DNA of 64,000 nucleotides from Alienimonas californiensis (GTDB lineage: Bacteria > Planctomycetota > Planctomycetia > Planctomycetales > Planctomycetaceae), in contig NZ_CP036265.1 of assembly GCF_007743815.1 (NCBI RefSeq), forward strand, positions 4,149,059-4,213,058, written 5' to 3'. The notes under the pieces were generated by a model that saw nothing but the letters and a program-made list of their open reading frames with translations, had not been told where the DNA came from and made no database searches. Every line of letters starts with the position of its first letter. Position 1 is the first letter of the stretch. Shown piece after piece: positions 59,398 to 64,000 of the stretch. Made by a program: the position numbers and the translations under genes.

Positions 59398-59532
59398 GCG
59401 AGCGAGGGGGCGTTCGCCCCCCGTGCCGTCGTCGATCGGAACCGCAGCGTCCCGGACCTTGGGAGGGTCCGGGACGCTGTTTTGGTGTCGTGGCGTCGTG
59501 AGAACACGGGGGGCGAACGCCCCCCGCTCGCC
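59398..59532. repeat. Family-1 inverted pair (GGCGAGCGAGGGGGCGTTCGCCCCCCGTG ... CACGGGGGGCGAACGCCCCCCGCTCGCC) enclosing a terminator hairpin
   Basis: Between convergent gene ends (59392 and 59535). Confidence 0.8.
59444..59484 (+). terminator. Intrinsic terminator (stem CAGCGTCCCGGACC / GGTCCGGGACGCTG, then UUUUGG) for the plus-strand oxidoreductase gene; the same hairpin could also pause minus-strand transcripts
   Basis: Direct reading of cagcgtcccggaccttgggagggtccgggacgctgttttgg. Confidence 0.65.
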
Positions 59533-59534
59533 TG

Positions 59535-60446
59535 TCAGGCGCTTTCCAGGCCGAGGACGGCGTTCATGCGGTTCGCCACGTCGGTGAGGCGGTCGAGATC
59601 GCCGCCGCGGACCTCCGCGGTCGCCCAGCCGCGATAGCCGATCGTCTCCAGCGCCGCCCGCACGGCGTCCCAGTCGACGCTGCCCTCGCCCAGTTCCACG
59701 CCGAAACCTTTGTAGAGGCCGTCGCTCTGCTGGAGCTTGCGGCTGTATTCCTTCACGTCCAGCTTGCGGATGCGGTCGCCCAACACGGCGATCCACTGTT
59801 CCGGCCAGCCGATGCGGACCACGTTGCCGACGTCGAAATACGCGCCGACGGCCGGGGAGTCGAAGCCGTCGATGAACCGGGCGAACTCCAACGGGCTGAG
59901 CAGGAAGTTGTTCCAGACGTTCTCGAACAGCACGTCGACGCCGGTCTCCTCCGCCACGGGCAGGGCTTTGGCGATCTCCAGTTCGGCGCGGGCGTAGGCG
60001 TCGGCGTAGCCGGTGTCCTCGTCGACCACACCGGGGATCACCAGCACCGAGGAGCCGCCGAGTTGTTCGCAGTCTCGCAACGCCTGCTGGAGCCCGGCGA
60101 CGGCCCGGGCCCGCACGGCGGCGTCCGCCGCGGAGAAGCGATCCTTCCAACTGTCGCCGTACACCACGCCGTGGATCGGCAACCCGACGGCGTCACGGGC
60201 GGCCAGCAACGCCGACACGTCGCGGGCGGAGCTGTCGATCTCGATTCCCGCGAACCCGGCCGCCTTGGCGATCGCGAACTTCTCCTCCAGCGAGCCTTCG
60301 CCGCTGATCATGGACAGCTTCACCGCCTTGCGGTAGCGGGCGGCGTCCTCCGGGAACTCGGTGACGGCGGCGGGCGGGGCGGCCCGCAGCGTTGAGGCGG
60401 CGGCGAGGGCGGCGGCGGAGCCGGCCAGAAAAGTGCGACGCTGCAT
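59535..60446 (-). CDS. Sugar phosphate isomerase/epimerase (xylose-isomerase-like TIM barrel) with Tat signal peptide
   Basis: Tat motif MQRRTFLAGSAAALAAAS. Segments GFAGIEI, VLFENVWNNFL and AYFDVGN are typical of the AP-endonuclease 2/xylose isomerase-like fold. Confidence 0.8.
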   Translation of the reverse strand: MQRRTFLAGSAAALAAASTLRAAPPAAVTEFPEDAARYRKAVKLSMISGEGSLEEKFAIAKAAGFAGIEIDSSARDVSALLAARDAVGLPIHGVVYGDSWKDRFSAADAAVRARAVAGLQQALRDCEQLGGSSVLVIPGVVDEDTGYADAYARAELEIAKALPVAEETGVDVLFENVWNNFLLSPLEFARFIDGFDSPAVGAYFDVGNVVRIGWPEQWIAVLGDRIRKLDVKEYSRKLQQSDGLYKGFGVELGEGSVDWDAVRAALETIGYRGWATAEVRGGDLDRLTDVANRMNAVLGLESA

Positions 60447-60638
60447 CGAAAAACGCTCGGGCGGAAGGCGGACGACGGAGTGTGACGCGGGGTCTCGGAC
60501 CCCGCCAGCCGGCGGACCGCCGCCACGGCATCGGGGCGAACCGCCCGCGGCCCGGTCTCACGCCGCCGTCCCGCCGTTGACCGATCCCGCCCGGCGGACC
60601 TACCGTCCCGAATCCGACGGACCGGCGGCGACAGGATC

Positions 60639-61535
60639 ATGCGGACTCTTCGACACTGCCGTCGCTCGAACGCGGACCCGGCCGCCCCGGCGTTGACGAT
60701 TCACGCCCCGGCCAAGCTGAACCTCACGCTGGACGTGCTCGGCAAGCGGGCGGACGGGTTCCATGAGCTGGAATCGCTGATGGTCACCGTCGGCTGGTAC
60801 GACACGCTGACCTTCGCCCCGGCGGAACGGTTCGCCCTCGCCGTCACCGGCGCCGCCGGCGTGCCCTGCGACGAACGCAACCTCGTCACGCGGGCGGCGA
60901 CGGCCCTGTCGGCGGCCATCGGCCGCGACCCGGGCGCCGCGATCACGCTGCACAAACGCATTCCCCACGAAGCCGGGCTCGGCGGCGGGTCCAGCGACGC
61001 GGCGGCGACCCTGCTGGGGCTGAACGAACTGTGGGACTGCGGGCTGTCCCGGGCGGAACTGTCCGAATTAGGCGCGACGATCGGCAGCGACGTGCCGTTC
61101 TTCCTCTGCGGATCGCCCGCCGGCGTGGTGCGGGGCCGGGGCGAACGCGTGGAACCGCTGAACCCCGGTCCGCCGCGGTGGGCGGCGCTCGCCAAGCCGC
61201 CGATCGGCCTGTCCACCGCCGCGGTGTTCGCCGCCTGGGGCGGTCGGACCTCCGCTCAGGCCACCTCCCGGGCGGCGGGGGCGTACGCCGCCGCCGGCTC
61301 CGCGCTCGCCGCGGCGACGACCAACGATCTCGACGGCCCGGCGACGGAGCTGGAGCCGACCCTCGCCGCAGAGCGGGACGCGTTCGCCTCGCTCGGGTTC
61401 GAGCGGTCCTGCCTGTCGGGCAGCGGGACGAGCCGGTTCGCCCTCTGCCGCTCCGCCGCGTCCGCCCGGTCCGCCGCCGCGGCGCTGCGTCGCCTCCGCC
61501 CCGGCCCGGTCGCCGCCGTGCCGCTGGCGGTCTGA
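60639..61535 (+). CDS. ispE: 4-(cytidine 5'-diphospho)-2-C-methyl-D-erythritol kinase
   Basis: APAKLNLTLDVLGKRADGFHEL start and GHMP-kinase ATP motif IPHEAGLGGGSSDAAATL. Confidence 0.85.
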   Translation: MRTLRHCRRSNADPAAPALTIHAPAKLNLTLDVLGKRADGFHELESLMVTVGWYDTLTFAPAERFALAVTGAAGVPCDERNLVTRAATALSAAIGRDPGAAITLHKRIPHEAGLGGGSSDAAATLLGLNELWDCGLSRAELSELGATIGSDVPFFLCGSPAGVVRGRGERVEPLNPGPPRWAALAKPPIGLSTAAVFAAWGGRTSAQATSRAAGAYAAAGSALAAATTNDLDGPATELEPTLAAERDAFASLGFERSCLSGSGTSRFALCRSAASARSAAAALRRLRPGPVAAVPLAV

Positions 61536-61588
61536 AGACTCGCCCAAGTGTTCCTCACCCCGATTGCCCCTCCTCGACAGCCGTTGCC

Positions 61589-62209
61589 GTGAAGATCACC
61601 GACGTCCGCGTGAAACTCGCCCCCGGCGCCGACGCCGCCGGCGGGGAGGCCGGTCGACTGCTCGCCTTCTGCTCGATCACCCTCGACGGGTGCTTCGTGG
61701 TGCGGGACCTGAAGCTGATCCGCGGGGAGCAGGGGGCGTTCGTCGCCATGCCCAGCCGCAAGATCACCGCCCGCTGCGAGGCCTGCGGCGGGAAGAACCC
61801 GTTGCGGGCGAACTATTGCGGGGACTGCGGAGCGGCACGCAACGACGCCGAGGAGGCCGCCGCCGCGGACGCCCGGCCGAAGCTGTACGCGGACATCGCT
61901 CACCCCATCAACGCGGCCTGCCGGTCGGAGTTGGAGACCTGCGTCGTCGCCGCCTGGGAGCGGGAGCGGGTGCTGGCGACCTCGCCGGACTACGTCTGCC
62001 GGTACGACGAGTGCGACATCGGCGAATCGTTCCCCCCGCACACGCTGAGCCGAGCCGAATCAGTGCCGCGGTCGCTGCCGAACGTGCCGGGCGTCACCCG
62101 CCGGATCGACGACGCCGCGATCGGCCGGACGGGCCGGCCGCCGGTTCGCAGTCCGCTGCGGGCGGCCCGGCGGAACGAGCCGGCGGGAGCCTTCGGCGAC
62201 GGGCTGTGA
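61589..62209 (+). CDS. spoVG: SpoVG family protein with an unusual about 100-aa C-terminal extension carrying a CxxC...CxxC zinc-ribbon-like motif
   Basis: N-terminal VKITDVRVKL...LLAFCSITLDGCFVVRDLKLIRGEQGAFVAMPSRK matches SpoVG closely. Extension CEACGGKNPLRANYCGDCG. GTG start at 61589. The overlapping Arg-rich track ORF 61564..62265 is rejected. Confidence 0.75.
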   Translation: MKITDVRVKLAPGADAAGGEAGRLLAFCSITLDGCFVVRDLKLIRGEQGAFVAMPSRKITARCEACGGKNPLRANYCGDCGAARNDAEEAAAADARPKLYADIAHPINAACRSELETCVVAAWERERVLATSPDYVCRYDECDIGESFPPHTLSRAESVPRSLPNVPGVTRRIDDAAIGRTGRPPVRSPLRAARRNEPAGAFGDGL

Positions 62210-62311
62210 GGATTCGACTGGCGGAAGCGGTTCGACCGGCGGGGACGGTTCTGCGCGGCCGATAAGTACGGAGACGCCGCCCCTTCCCCGAATCGCTGGA
62301 GTCCGCCGCCC

Positions 62312-63124
62312 GTGGGCATGTTCCGCGAACACGTCGCCGTCAGCGGGACCTGCGGCGCCGCACTGGCCGCGGGGATGTGGGTCGCCACCCCCATTGACGG
62401 GGTGCAGGCCGGCGTGGCCTTCACCCTGGTCGGCGTCGGCGGGGCGCTGCCGGACCTCGACAGCGACCGCGGCCGGCCGATTCAGGAACTCACGGCGCTG
62501 CTGGGCGCCGCGGTGCCCTTCGTGCTCGTCCGGCGGTTCGCGGAGGTCGCCCGCAGCTTCGACGCGATCGTCGGGCTGGGCATCCTCACCTACCTCCTCG
62601 TGCGGTACGGCGGCGGCTGGCTGCTGCGCAAGACCACGGTGCACCGGGGGATGTTTCACAGCCTGCCGGCGATGATGATCAGCGGGCTGCTGACCTATCT
62701 GGCCTACAAGAGCCCCGAGCCGGGCATCCGTCTGCTGATGGCGACCGCCGTCATGACCGGATTCGCCTCCCACCTGATGCTGGACGAATGGTGCAGCGTC
62801 GACTGGCGCGGCCTGCGGCCGCGGCTCAAAAAGTCGGCCGGCACGGCGATCAAATGGGCCGGCGATTACCCGTCCGCCACGGTCGCCTGCTACTCGCTGC
62901 TGGGCGTCTGCCTGTACGCCACGGCGATCGACAGCGATCTGATTGAGGTGAACCGCGTCGGCGTGCCGCAACGGGTGGCGGACCTGCCCCGCGAGGCCGG
63001 ACCTTGGATGGCCGTCTCCCCGGAGACCGGGGAGCGGGTCATGGTTGAGGGCCAAGCCAACCGCGAATTTGGCGACGACCCCGTACGCACGGTGGAGCGC
63101 AGCGGGGCGATCGTCGTGCGGTAG
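62312..63124 (+). CDS. Membrane-bound metal-dependent hydrolase (DUF457/YdjM-like)
   Basis: Multiple TM segments with conserved LPDLD and HRG..HS motifs. Confidence 0.65.
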   Translation: MGMFREHVAVSGTCGAALAAGMWVATPIDGVQAGVAFTLVGVGGALPDLDSDRGRPIQELTALLGAAVPFVLVRRFAEVARSFDAIVGLGILTYLLVRYGGGWLLRKTTVHRGMFHSLPAMMISGLLTYLAYKSPEPGIRLLMATAVMTGFASHLMLDEWCSVDWRGLRPRLKKSAGTAIKWAGDYPSATVACYSLLGVCLYATAIDSDLIEVNRVGVPQRVADLPREAGPWMAVSPETGERVMVEGQANREFGDDPVRTVERSGAIVVR

Positions 63125-63195
63125 CCGAGCGGGGGGCGTCTGTCCCCTGAGCGAATCCGTGTACGCCCTCAGGGGGCTGACGCCCCCCGCTCGCC
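63125..63195. repeat. Family-1 inverted pair (GCCGAGCGGGGGGCGTCTGTCCCCTGAGCG ... CCCTCAGGGGGCTGACGCCCCCCGCTCGCC), intergenic
   Basis: Between convergent gene ends (63124 and 63215). Confidence 0.8.
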
Positions 63196-63214
63196 TGTCG
63201 CCCCCTCGCTCGCC

Positions 63215-63997
63215 CTACGCCAGGCGGCGGAGGACGTCGTCCTTCAGGGCCGCGTTGACGCTGATGCCGTCGCCGCCGTCGGCCCGTTCCTCGCCGTACC
63301 AGGTGACGAACGTCCCGCCGGCTTCCTTGACGATCGGCAGCAGGGCGGCGGCGTCCCAGAGGCTCATGATCGGGTCGATCATCACCTCGGCCCGGCCGGT
63401 CGCGACCAGCATGTGGCCGTAGCAGTCCGCCCAGGTGCGGGTCAGGCGGTAGTCCTTGTTGAAACTCTCGAACGCCGGCTTCATGCCGCGGTCCTCCCAC
63501 CGCCGCGGGTTGGCGGTGCAGAGCAACGCGGCGTCCGGCAAATCGACCGCGGACACCTTCGCCCGCCGCTTCGAACCGTCGTTCCGAACCCACCAGGCGC
63601 CCAGCCCCTCGGCGCCGTAGACGACTTCGTTCAGCCCCGGGAACCGCGAGACGCCCAGCACGCAGCGGCCGTCCCGTTCCAGCCCGATCAGCGTCCCGAA
63701 CAGCGGCACGCCGCGGACGAACGGCTTGGTGCCGTCGATCGGGTCCAGCACCCAGCGGTAGCTGTTCGATCCGGGCACCTCCTCGAACTCCTCGCCGAGG
63801 ATGCCGTCGTCCGGAAACTTCGCGGCGATGGCGTCGCGGATGCGTTCCTCAGCGCCTTTGTCGGCGACGGTGACGGGGCTGTCGTCGCCTTTGCGGATGA
63901 CTTCGAGGTCCGGGTTCTGGAAGTGCTCCAGAATAAACGGCTGCACATCGAGCGCAGCCTGGTTGGCGAAATCGAGGCGTTCTTGCAGATCGGACAT
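63215..63997 (-). CDS. Inositol monophosphatase family protein (possibly histidinol-phosphatase HisN-like)
   Basis: WVLDPIDGT motif with downstream GEE and DPI residues and WDAAA near the C-terminus. Confidence 0.85.
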   Translation of the reverse strand: MSDLQERLDFANQAALDVQPFILEHFQNPDLEVIRKGDDSPVTVADKGAEERIRDAIAAKFPDDGILGEEFEEVPGSNSYRWVLDPIDGTKPFVRGVPLFGTLIGLERDGRCVLGVSRFPGLNEVVYGAEGLGAWWVRNDGSKRRAKVSAVDLPDAALLCTANPRRWEDRGMKPAFESFNKDYRLTRTWADCYGHMLVATGRAEVMIDPIMSLWDAAALLPIVKEAGGTFVTWYGEERADGGDGISVNAALKDDVLRRLA

Positions 63998-64000
63998 GCG

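Noticed and set aside
61564-63055. ORFs 61564..62265(+) and 62060..63055(-)
   Set aside because: Arg-rich alternatives to the SpoVG frame (61589..62209), which has a textbook SpoVG N-terminus, and to the metal-dependent hydrolase frame.
12709-63195. Family-1 repeats as a CRISPR-like or tRNA-derived structure
   Set aside because: Irregular spacing of kilobases, occurrence inside ORFs and as inverted pairs. No cas genes and no cloverleaf. Better explained as REP/RPE/MITE-like elements.

Overview
This is a very GC-rich (by eye about 70%) bacterial chromosomal window. The coding content points to Planctomycetota, but no taxonomic check was run: DUF1080 lipoprotein, several Tat-exported Gfo/Idh/MocA oxidoreductases, a formylglycine-generating-enzyme homologue, BatA/vWA membrane proteins and giant low-complexity proteins.

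Layout:
- Positions 1-5965 look like the remnant of an integrative island inserted next to the tmRNA gene (ssrA, minus strand). It carries a tyrosine-integrase-like gene, a separate out-of-frame integrase C-terminal fragment, a three-gene module (DUF1257/Ycf35-like + DUF2997 + AAA+ ATPase) and a partial unknown gene that runs off the left edge.
- The rest is core chromosome: cyclophilin, LptF/G, tsaD, ctpA, an AddB/AddA-like nuclease-helicase pair, a Ser/Thr kinase translationally coupled to an FHA-adenylate/guanylate cyclase, an NfeD-flotillin pair, gyrA, ugd, prfB (with the classic +1 frameshift site), pyrB plus a dihydroorotase-like gene, an ApbE/BatA-like/vWA/DUF4175-like membrane operon, ispE-spoVG, and others.

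The main structural signals are:
- A dense family of about 20 short palindromic dispersed repeats (core GGCGAGCGGGGGGCGTCAGCCCCC...). They occur singly or as inverted pairs, in intergenic regions and also as in-frame insertions inside at least eight coding genes.
- A second palindromic repeat family, two copies of which sit in-frame inside the AddA-like helicase.
- An A9 homopolymer tract separating two Gly-rich-tailed ORFs (an STN-like domain protein and a second unknown); a +1 slip fuses them into one ~980-aa protein.

Many long Arg/Pro/Gly-rich ORFs in the six-frame track are high-GC artefacts and were not called. No rRNA, tRNA, CRISPR array or transposase was recognised.
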